DNA of 64,000 nucleotides from Octopus bimaculoides. Its lineage: Eukaryota. The stretch is from positions 68,284,900 to 68,348,899 of the forward strand of contig NC_068983.1 of assembly GCF_001194135.2 (NCBI RefSeq), read 5' to 3'. Positions 1 through 9,677 of the stretch are shown piece after piece (within the stretch, counting starts at the first letter, position 1; each line of letters starts with the position of its first letter). A program made the translations under genes and the position numbers. Under the pieces are notes generated by a model. That model had not been told where the DNA came from and searched no databases. It saw nothing but the letters and a program-made list of their open reading frames with translations.

Positions 1-599
1 GGTAGAAATTTCATATAATACACTTAATGTAAACTGTAGGTACACAATAGATGCAGTGGGATCACAGGCAGATTGACAGGGAATTAAGACTTTTCATGTA
101 TAATGGAAGTGCTGAAGTAGTTAGCAGTAAGAACACTCATAAGATGAATTCTCTGAAATACCTGGAAGCCTCTCCACATGTAGTTGACAGTTTCAGCTGT
201 TCTCAAGCACATTTTAGGAAGAAACCCAAACTTCTACTTTATGGACAACTACATTCTGATTTTTAGAAGGTCCTAAATCAAATTATTTCGAGAGAGAATT
301 TATTCATATTAAAGATAGAAAGACATAACATTATTCTGAAAATGGTGAATAGCATTTGTTCTATAAAATAAATATTTGAAAAATTTAATTAACAGATAAC
401 TTATCTTGTGGAACTTCAGAAAATTACTACAAAACTCTTAGGCTCCTGGGAATCCACTTTCAGAAACACTGACCAAAGTGGCCTAATTAGCAGCGGTAGT
501 GAGTGTTATGAAGGCAAAGTAACAACAATAAGGAAAGTTCAGATATCTATTACCTCTGCTGGCAACAAAAGGATTCCTTCTTGGTGTGAAAGGCAGATT

Positions 600-890
600 T
601 TATATTTGCATAGAATGTAATATTGCATGGAAGCAAAATATAGGCATTGAACATGGTGGGTGTGCAAAGGTTGGAAATAAATAAGGTATGTGACCTTAGC
701 ATACATAAATAACCAAGTACAATTCAACTGAGAGGAAAACTGGCTGTAAGAGGAATCAGCTGTAATGTTTGAAAGAAAAAATTGTGGTACAGACATGTGA
801 TGTAAATGACATTTGGGAAAAGATGCGTGAAGAGATCCAAGTGGAAGGAACCTGTGGAAGACAAATGTGAATACTGATTTCAGAAGAGGT
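600..890 (+). mobile_element. Highly decayed RTE LINE C-terminal fragment
   Basis: Translates with stops as LRGKLAVRGISCNV*KKKLWYRHVM, matching the better-preserved RTE C-termini in this window (REKLGTRDIKCSVQERRLHWYGHVM at about 23680). Confidence 0.5.
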
Positions 891-1607
891 TGAACCTCTC
901 CAAAGAGAAGACAAGTGCGAGATGCTGAGCTAGAAAAAACTTGCCCAGCCCATGCAAGTGTAGAACAAGAAATATGAAATGATTATGATGCGTTTATATA
1001 CTGTAACTTAACTGGTTTCTGACAGCAACTTGCACAACCAAATGAAGACATTTCACTGAGTTTGAGGTAAAACAGGATTCTCGTCACATTCTTTGATCAT
1101 CAGGCTATTTGGATACGTACCGCATAATGGCTGATGATAATGTATGAAAAATTGCAAGAAAATGCAGGATCAGCATGTAAACGTAAATACTGTGCAAGCA
1201 GTGGTAATTCAGATTAACAAAAGCAAATTAAGGTATGAGTTTCTAAATTACTTCAATGAAGTAGTTATATTTCAATGTGTCCTTTCCTGTTTTAACATAG
1301 TCACTTGTGGTTTGAGGGAAATATGACCATTACTTCTAGCAGGTCAAACAACCGTGCAAATGCCTTCCCTCATCAGATCAACTTAGCAAGATTGTGGTAC
1401 TTTCACCATCTATCTGCCTTGTTGTCTGCCTTTCTCCCTGCTCTCTTCCCATATTTCTTTCTGTCTTACACTTTTTATTTCATTTGATCTGAGGCAGGTG
1501 ATAGAATGAGTTTGTTCATTATTATAGCAAGATAAATGCTCTTAGATGCATTATGAATTTTAACTGAGGGAAGTTTAGTATTTTGCTTATTGATGCATCA
1601 ACTTAAT

Positions 1608-1785
1608 ATATTCCTTTCTACTATAGGAAGAAGACCAAAAATTTTGGAGGATGGGGCCAGATGATTACATTAACCCCCAATCCTCAACTGGTACTTATTT
1701 TATTGACCACAAATACACACAGAGAGGATGAAAGGCAAAATTGACCTGGTTGGAATTTGAACTCAGAATATAAACAATAAAAAAT
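1608..1785 (-). mobile_element. tRNA-derived SINE (family A), partial
   Basis: Same sequence family as 2217..2423 (cctttctactata...aaattttgg...caactggtac...ggaatttgaactcagaa); the reverse strand carries a B-box-like GAGTTCAAATTCC. Confidence 0.7.
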
Positions 1786-1814
1786 GATGATGATGATAAA
1801 GACTTCTATATGAA

Positions 1815-2217
1815 GCAAGAAGACCAAGTATGAATACAGAGAACAGAATAAACAGTGTATGATCATAGACATTGCAGTTCCTTATGATAACAGAGTTGAT
1901 ACCAAAGAAATTGAAAAAGCTTGACAAGTATCAGGATCTAGCCAGAGAGCTGAAGAGACTGTGAAAGATTAAGACAACAATTATTCCTATAGTAGTTGGT
2001 GTACTTGGCATAACACCCAAAATGCTACCTAAAAGACTGAAAGATATTGGAAGCAAGACTCACGTTGTCACCCTGAAAAAAACTACCATCCTTTATTCTG
2101 CAAGAATCCCAAGAAAAATTCTTGAGATTTGAAGACTTGTTACTACCAAACCTCAAGATAACATTCCTGCTAATTGAATTAGAATGTAGTAGCTTAATAA
2201 CAATAATAATAATAATC
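1815..2217 (+). mobile_element. 3' fragment of an R4/Dong-like non-LTR retrotransposon (restriction-like endonuclease domain) with (TAA)n tail
   Basis: Manual translation NKQCMIIDIAVPYDNRVDTKEIEK / LDKYQDLARELKRL*KIKTTIIPIVVGVLG...TILYSARIPRKILEI* fits the REL endonuclease C-terminus of R4/NeSL-type elements; it has a frameshift and a stop, and is followed by (TAA)n at about 2196-2217. Confidence 0.75.
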
Positions 2218-2423
2218 CTTTCTACTATAAACACAAGGCCTGAAATTTTGGGGAGGGGGTAGTCACATCGATTCCAGTACTCAACTGGTACTTTTTTTAT
2301 TGACCCTGAAAGGATGTGAGGCAAAGTCAACCTTGGTGGAATTTGAACTCAGAACATGAACATAAACAAAATATCGCTAATTATTTTGCCTGGCATGCTA
2401 CTGATTCTGCCACCTCGCTGCCT
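2217..2423 (-). mobile_element. tRNA-derived SINE (family A), near full length
   Basis: Reverse strand reads aggcagcgaggTGGCAGAATCAG (A-box-like)...GAGTTCAAATTCC (B-box-like)...catcctttcagggtcaataaaaaagtacc... ending gaaaggattattattatt. Confidence 0.8.
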
Positions 2424-3149
2424 TTCACCAACAACAACAACAATAATAAGCTTTTCTTTATTGGCCACAAGGGCTGAATTTAATAACAATAACAATAATA
2501 ATAATAATAATGTTTTCTTTATTAATCATAAAGGGTTGACAAAACATTCAGGATAATGCAGCATGGGATTACATAAAAACATGCAAAAAGTAAAATGGCA
2601 GAAAAAAATTAAAACAAGGAATAATTTCTGAAAAGTGGGGAAACCTCTCAGAACTACTCGTGGAAACTCCAGAAAACCACAGTGGTCCTACCCACTAAGG
2701 CAAGTGCCTTCCTCCAATTGTTCTCCTCCAATCTACTGGCACATACTTGGTTCACTCGAACCAAGCTTGCCACTCTTATTCACTTTTCAACAAATTTGTT
2801 GGAAGGCAGCACTTTACCCTTCACCATTACTTTTGTTTTCAAATGAAACTTGAAAAAGTTGATGTGGGCTTGGTCAAAGAGGAAAGTGTCTGTCTTCAGC
2901 GCTTTCAATTTCGTTTCGTTCACTGCACAACCTCTTTTGCCAAGACCACCAGATGGTCTGTATTTCCTTGCAAATGGAAGACAGTGGGATGATCTTCACT
3001 AAGGACTCATTCGATAGCCAGATCTGCCCTTTATGCGACAAGCAGGTGTTTGATATAACATCAGCAACATCTATAAAAATAAGATACACATCTGTTTAAT
3101 CCAACAAGTCTATAGCATTCTTGTCCATTGTGGGGAAGGTCCAAACCAA

Positions 3150-3460
3150 GGTCTTACACTAACACAGGTCTGATCATTATTAGAAAACATTACTCCACAG
3201 TTGCAATGCAGATTTCTCAAGACCAAAGTATAGCTGACTTGATCTTTGCCACAAGGCAGGTTCAAGAGAAATGCAGGAAGCAATACCAGGACTTGTCAAA
3301 TGCTGTTGACACTATGCATGGGTAGCTTCTGCAGAGTATTCTCAGAAAGTTTAGTTGCCAGCCTTAATTTGTCGATCTCCCAGCTGGTACAAGACATGGA
3401 TAGTGGACGGAATTGATGGTAAGCACAAATCTTCAGTGTTAAATGCAAGTTAAACAAAGA
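3150..3460 (+). mobile_element. Decayed RTE (BovB-like) reverse transcriptase fragment
   Basis: DLIFATRQVQEKCRKQYQDL...AVDTM..LLQSILRKFSCQP resembles the RTE-clade RT motif D.IF..RQ.QEKC.EQ..DL and LW..L.KFG.P. Confidence 0.65.
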
Positions 3461-4599
3461 TGTATACTCGTTTCTGTACAATTTAATATTTTCATCTGTA
3501 TGTATAGGCATGCTGATACACACAAAGATAGGGAGGCAGGAGTTACTATTAAATTTCAGTGCGAGGGAGTCTTCTTAACATCAAAAGACTGCCAGATATC
3601 ACTAAACTTAAATCAGAACAGATCTGATGATTGTGCTTCAGTAGCACACACACACCAGAAGTCCTACAAACCTTCATCTCGGCAGTCACTACAGCTCATG
3701 AAAGAATGGTCCTGAACATTTAGAAAATTTTGACCAATGGCACACTGCACACCTCTCTCTTTTCACTTTCTCAGTACAAGAGCAACAACTAGCCATACAT
3801 CCCCAAGTTAATACCTGTGCAACAGCATTTCCAGTGATTCCACATTGGATAAGGAGATACTAAATTATCTTAGACCATTTGCCATATCCTTTAGAAGGCC
3901 CAGAAAGAGTTTTTCTAAACAACCATTTCAATCCTCATGAAATCTTATTTCCATTCGCCTCTATGAGTACGAAACATGGACTACATACACCCAACTCAAT
4001 AAACCCTTTCAGTTGTAGCACAGCTTAGATTTGAAACCACATCAGCTCAGTAACAAAAAATAGACCCCAGCATATTGACTTGCTCCGAATTCTGACCAAT
4101 AGCAGCAATCATTTGATCGTATAATTTTGACTGGAAATTTCCACGAGTTTCCTGCCAAAATATGGTCATAAGTATAGAAGTGTGAGACAATCAGTTCAGA
4201 GGTTGAAAGTGGTTTCAGAGAATACAGTCAAGTATAAGATCCTTAGTCAAATGTTCTACCTTGGGTTAAAAAGAATCATTTTGTCTACAATGAACACAAT
4301 ATTCTCACTTCTCCAAGTATGTACACAGGACATTCTTAATTCTCACCTCTTGCTCCACACAAAGATATAGCTATCTAATTCTTGGCCAACATACATATAT
4401 ACATACATGCACACACATGCATACACATACACACACACACACACATACATACATTCATTCATACATACATACATAAATCACTATTGGTAATCAACAGTAC
4501 AGCCTCAGGCAAGTATGTACTGCAATCATTGTAATGTTTATGTATAAATAAATGATTTCCTCAAGAACTTCAAATGGACTTGGTCTTAACATGAGTAAC

Positions 4600-4960
4600 A
4601 ACATGCAACCTAAGCCCGTCTAACCAGATATCAATAACCCATCTAACTAGTTCTAAACAATCACGTTGATGGAAGTAAAGGATTACTTCAATGGAGTACC
4701 CAGCCCTATGAGCACCTAAAGATAGCCTTATTTGACTTGCATGTCTATCACATAGGTCCTTCTACAGTGAGCTATATAATAGTAAGAACCTGATACAAGG
4801 ATCTATGAAGCAGTTTAAAGACTATATTTAAGGCACTTTCAAGAAGAATAAGATCAACCCTTCATGACTAAGAGACATTGCTACCTGTGACTCACTTTGG
4901 CAATCTTCCTGCTTGAAGAGGATAAAAGATATTGAGGAGAAATGCACTCAGTGTGAAGCT
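4600..4960 (+). mobile_element. Decayed RTE (BovB-like) C-terminal fragment, probably the same insertion as 3150..3460
   Basis: MKQFKDYIK...NKINPS*LRDIATCDSLWQS resembles the RTE C-terminal K.FKD.LK..L....I.P..W...A.DR..W pattern; many stops. Confidence 0.45.
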
Positions 4961-5252
4961 AAAAAAGATGGGAATACATAGATTTGCATTGGTCTCGCTA
5001 ACTAAAAGTATTTATGCTATTTGCAGTTGAAGCAATTCATTAAGATTTGTTATGCACAGTCATAAAATAGTTCAACAAATAAAGATGGTTATCAATAGTT
5101 TTATGAACAACCATCAACAGCAACAGACACTGGATTACTTTCAGGTTGGCCTGAAAAGTCATAAGTAGCGTCTGTTTTCTGATTGTCCTAGGTATAACAA
5201 ATAATAACTGTTGGGTAGATAAACACTGAACAGATTACTAAATACTTAAGAT

Positions 5253-5554
5253 CAGTAGTTCTCAGTCTTTTTGATTTCAGAGTACGCTGGAAATCAAATG
5301 AACATTTATTATCACACATTGCACAGATGGGGTAAAATATGGTTTAAAACATTTTTTGAATTGGGAAAAAAAATCTGGAAAACAATTGATTGCCTTCTTT
5401 TATTAATCATACACATGTTTTACAAAATTATGAATAATGCATTTTCCAAAAAGTTTAAGCATTACTATGGATATTCTAAAAATCTTAAATATTGGCTTTT
5501 AAATTTGCATTATCCCTGAATAGACTTTGCAGTGCACCATTTAGGAAACTACTG
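5253..5554. mobile_element. Old hAT/Charlie-type MITE
   Basis: Imperfect terminal inverted repeats CAGTAGTTCTCA (5253) and the reverse complement of GGAAACTACTG (ending 5554); the 8-bp flanks are only partly alike (cttaagat / actttgat). Confidence 0.45.
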
Positions 5555-5851
5555 ACTTTGATAGCAGAGCATATTTATTTCAAATACAGTAATTCAAAGT
5601 CAAGTATCATCTACTGAAAGTTTTTCACTAGAAGTTGTCTCTTGGTCAAGTGGGAGCGCAATGTCATGTGGATTTTACAACTAGAAGTAAAGGAAGCGAG
5701 AGGTCAAGTGTGGAGTGTCTGCAAACATGACTGAAAATAGTCCAAAGTGTTAGTGAAGTTATGTTTTAGTTATTTTTACATTATAATAAGTCATCTCTTA
5801 ACTTTTAAAAGATACTTGATGAAACCTTTACTACATTTGAATACATATATA

Positions 5852-7057
5852 TTGGGTCATCCGATAAATAATGCAGTTTTTTCAATTGCATGAACTAAAA
5901 GTCGGAGGTGGATGGGATAAACTGCATCAACCTGCATCAACTTGCTATAAAAGCAGGTAGTAATTTTACCTTGTACTTTTCCTAGTGCAAGTTTTGAAAA
6001 GTAAAGTTCGATTTTAACAGTTATTCTTTCAAAGCTATAATGGAAGTGCCAAAAGAGCATATTCGGTACATTTTGTTTTATGAGTTCAATAAAAGCAACA
6101 ACGCAATGGAAAGTGCAAGGAATATTAATGCAGTATATGGGGATCGGACAATAAGTGTAAGGCAGTGTCAACGGCGGTTCCAGAAATTCTGAGCCTTAAA
6201 CTACAGCCTAGAAGACGAACCTCGTCCTGGAAGATCTGTAGAGCTCAGAGGACGTCATGCAAACTCTGGTGGAACAAAATTCCATTGTAACTATTGAGGA
6301 ACTAACAGAGAAGATTGGATTTGGTCATTCAAACTTTCATCGACACATGCGTGCCATCGGAAAAGTCAAGCAAATTGGGTCAAGGAGTTCCTCACAAACT
6401 TTCCGAGGCTAATCACGCGCAGAGTGAATGTGTGTGCTTTTTTACTGTCACATCTCACCAATGAACTTTTTGGGACCGAAAAGTGACTGGTGACGAGAAA
6501 TGGGTTCTTTATAAAAGTGTCAAGCGTCGAAGACAGTGGGTAGGGAAAGGTGAAACACCGGCACCTCAGGCTAAAGAAGGTCTTCACCCACGTAAGGTGT
6601 TATCTGTTTGTGGGGATATCAAAGGTTTAATCCACTTTGAACAACAACAAAGGAGATCTACTGCGAGCAGCTTGAACGGCTTAATGCAGCGCTGGAAGAA
6701 AAATGACCATCTTTGGTTTCAAAACGAAAGGTGTTCTTCCATCAGGATAATGCTCAGCCATATACAGCGAGGATGACAATCCAAAGGCTAGAGCAGTTAT
6801 CGTTTATTCCGAAGTCTTCAAAATCATTTGGACAGAAAAAATATGAATTCTGTAAACGAGGTCAGAACAGTATTGCAGGAGTATTTTTCGTCACGGACAA
6901 GTGAATTTTGGAAAAGGCTCCTTGCAAGTCGAGCAGATAGCAGAGCGTTGTAGAAAATGAAGGAGAGTTTATTTTAGATTAAAAAGGAACTTTGTTTATC
7001 TTAATTTTGAAAATAAAAGAAGTATTAAAAAAACGCATTATTTATGGGATTACCCAA
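5852..7057 (+). mobile_element. Degenerate mariner (Tc1/mariner DD34D, Hsmar1/SETMAR-like) transposon, 1206 bp
   Basis: TIRs TTGGGTCATCCGATAAATAATGCAGTTTTTT and rc TTGGGTAATCCCATAAATAATGCGTTTTTTT, each flanked by TA. Broken transposase runs from ATG 6040 (MEVPKEHIRYILFYEFNK) through VTGDEKWVLY and FHQDNAQP to VENEGEFILD* (TAA 6980-6982), with stops, frameshifts and a deletion of the YSPDL region. Confidence 0.92.
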
Positions 7058-7599
7058 TACAAGTACATTTGTGAAATTAGGTAAAGCGTTTATTGTAGAA
7101 AATAACGAAATATAAACGAGTGGATCACTGACTACGATATATATTGTACATATTAAAAGTAATCGAATATGTATATTTAGAGTGAGATNNNNNNNNNNNN
7201 NNNNNNNNNNNNNNNNNNNNNNNNNNNNNNNNNNNNNNNNNNNNNNNNNNNNNNNNNNNNNNNNNNNNNNNNNNNNNNNNNNNNNNNNNNNNNNNNNNNN
7301 NNNNNNNNNNNNNNNNNNNNNNNNNNNNNNNNNNNNNNNNNNNNNNNNNNNNNNNNNNNNNNNNNNNNNNNNNNNNNNNNNNNNNNNNNNNNNNNNNNNN
7401 NNNNNNNNNNNNNNNNNNNNNNNNNNNNNNNNNNNNNNNNNNNNNNNNNNNNNNNNNNNNNNNNNNNNNNNNNNNNNNNNNNNNNNNNNNNNNNNNNNNN
7501 NNNNNNNNNNNNNNNNNNNNNNNNNNNNNNNNNNNNNNNNNNNNNNNNNNNNNNNNNNNNNNNNNNNNNNNNNNNNNNNNNNNNNNNNNNNNNNNNNNN

Positions 7600-7656
<57 letters not shown>

Positions 7657-8003
7657 GGTGTGTGTGTGTGTGTGTGTATTAATTTCCGTTTTCAATTTAT
7701 CACATAAAATAGGATTCATGAATATCATACTTGCACTGAACATCAATCTTGGAAAAAATAATATCTATATCTGCTATTCGCTTGGCATTTTTTAAGTATA
7801 CATGTTATTACACAATTCAAAAACATCAGTTTTTCGTTTTCAACCTCCACTTCATTGATGACTGATTTTCTGAGTACTAATAAATAGTCCGGCACCTCTT
7901 TTAGTCCGGACAAATTACGACATGGTACCTGAAATTCCTCCGACCGCCAAACAAGGGTGTCACTGTTTACTTTATCACTGATACTGATCGTTCTCGATTT
8001 TGT

Positions 8004-9677
8004 GTGATATTTTTAAGGATTATTTTACACACATTTAATCTGAACATGGCTTCTAAGAAAGATGCAAGTGTCGGTTGTGGTGTAAAGCGTAAACACCAGT
8101 CGATATCGATAAAAGATAAGGTAGAACTATTGCAAAAACTGGAAAGTGGCGTTTCAATACGAAAACTATGCAATATGTATGGCATCGGTTCATCAACTGT
8201 TTACGATATAAAGAAGCAGAGAGAGAAACTATTTAAATTCTATATAGACAGTGGTTGCAAGAAGCAGATGGGTGTAAGAAAAACTATGAAAGGTGTTAAA
8301 AGTATTGAACATGATCGAGCAATGAAGGATTGGATTCAAAAACGTCGGCTTCATGGAGAGGAATTAACAAGTAATATGTTAATGGAACAGGCTAAGATTT
8401 TCCATCGTCAACTTAATTTAGATTATGAATGTGATTATAGTGAAGGATGGCTTCAAAGGTTTAAGAGACGTCAGGGGATTTCCTTACAGAAATTGTCTAC
8501 GGATAAACGGTTTGCGAAGGAAGGAACTGTCGAGTATATTCAGGAATTTTCTAAATTTATAACTCGCGAGTATCTTACCCCCGAACAAGTGTATAATGCC
8601 GATGAAACGGTATTATATTGGAGATGTATACCAAAAGGTGTTTTGACCAGAGAGGACAAAGAAGGATTTGAACGATCTAGGGAAATAATTACTATTTTAG
8701 GATGCTCAAACGCAGCAGGAACCCACAGATGTAAACCACTAGTTGTAGGGAAAAGTAAATGTTCAAAGGCGTTGAAAGACACAAAAGAATACCCAATAAT
8801 ATACCGTACAAATAAAAACGGCAACATTACCACTGCCATTACTTTAGAATGGTTAGAAAAATATTTTGTGCCAGAAGCCAGAGCCCACTGCACATCCGTA
8901 GGGCTACCAGAAGACTGCAAAATTCTTCTCATTTTGGATAACTGCTCGACTCACCCTAAGGCTGAACTAAGTCAAAAGAATGTTTTTACTTTGTATTTAC
9001 CACCAAACTGTGCATCGCATATCCAGCCACAAGAGCAAGGAATACTTGACTGTCTGAAAACAGAGTACCGCTTACTTTTCATGAGACATATATTAGATGT
9101 AGTAAATACTGGTATGCCTTTAGAGAAATTTATGGCAGAATTTAAAATAGATGACCTGCTTTATTATATTGCTAACGCTTGGCAGAACCTAACAACATCA
9201 ATACTAAAGGCTGGCTGGCATAAGTTATGGCCTAAGTTGATGCATGATAATCCAATTGAAGAAAAGTTTGGATATAACTGGACAGGATTTCATTTACAAA
9301 AGGAAAAAGAAGTTGTCGATGAGTTGCTGGATTATGCTGAGAATATTACTGGAGATGATGCGAAATGCCTAGCAGATAAACTTAATAACGAAAACCTGTC
9401 TGAATGGTTAAGTATCGACGAAATATCACCTATTGTCTATCACAATGCTGGTCCCGATGTTGTAGGTGTTTCTCTGATTTCTGGCAGCAACAGCGGTGTT
9501 GAAGAATGCAAAGATAAAAATGAAATTGATGAAAGATTTAGTATTGAGAAGATAATTGACTTGTTGGCTGAAGTAATTACAGGGTTAGAACAACGTAACT
9601 TTATGAGTAAACAAGAGCTAATGAGTCTATATTTGATATATGAAAAGCTACATGTGGAAAAATCAAAGCAATTGTAA
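8004..9677 (+). CDS. Tigger/pogo transposase-derived protein (CENP-B-type HTH domains plus DDE_1 domain), JRK/JRKL/TIGD-like; first ATG at 8046 gives 543 aa
   Basis: Uninterrupted 557-codon frame. N-terminal KRKHQSISIKDKVELLQKLE...YGIGSSTVYDIKK (psq-type HTH), second HTH ending YSEGWLQRFKRRQGI, catalytic-domain motifs VYNADET, ITILGCSNAAGTH, LLILDNCSTHP, LPPNCASHIQPQEQG. ATG 8046 has A at -3 and G at +4. Confidence 0.9.
   Translation: MIFLRIILHTFNLNMASKKDASVGCGVKRKHQSISIKDKVELLQKLESGVSIRKLCNMYGIGSSTVYDIKKQREKLFKFYIDSGCKKQMGVRKTMKGVKSIEHDRAMKDWIQKRRLHGEELTSNMLMEQAKIFHRQLNLDYECDYSEGWLQRFKRRQGISLQKLSTDKRFAKEGTVEYIQEFSKFITREYLTPEQVYNADETVLYWRCIPKGVLTREDKEGFERSREIITILGCSNAAGTHRCKPLVVGKSKCSKALKDTKEYPIIYRTNKNGNITTAITLEWLEKYFVPEARAHCTSVGLPEDCKILLILDNCSTHPKAELSQKNVFTLYLPPNCASHIQPQEQGILDCLKTEYRLLFMRHILDVVNTGMPLEKFMAEFKIDDLLYYIANAWQNLTTSILKAGWHKLWPKLMHDNPIEEKFGYNWTGFHLQKEKEVVDELLDYAENITGDDAKCLADKLNNENLSEWLSIDEISPIVYHNAGPDVVGVSLISGSNSGVEECKDKNEIDERFSIEKIIDLLAEVITGLEQRNFMSKQELMSLYLIYEKLHVEKSKQL

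Noticed and set aside
1040-1200. Faint mariner-like peptide (ILVTFFDHQ)
   Set aside because: Too short and decayed; no TIRs or further motifs.
3621-3660. CTGATGA followed by a TGTGC/GCACA hairpin
   Set aside because: No GAAA after the stem and no stem I/III, so not a hammerhead.
7177-7746. Long ORFs running through N gaps and (TA)n/(TG)n arrays (also at 18451-19203, 19848-20981, 22440-23018, 32927-33225)
   Set aside because: Artefacts of N runs and stop-free microsatellite translation (IYIYIY, THTHTH); no coding signal.
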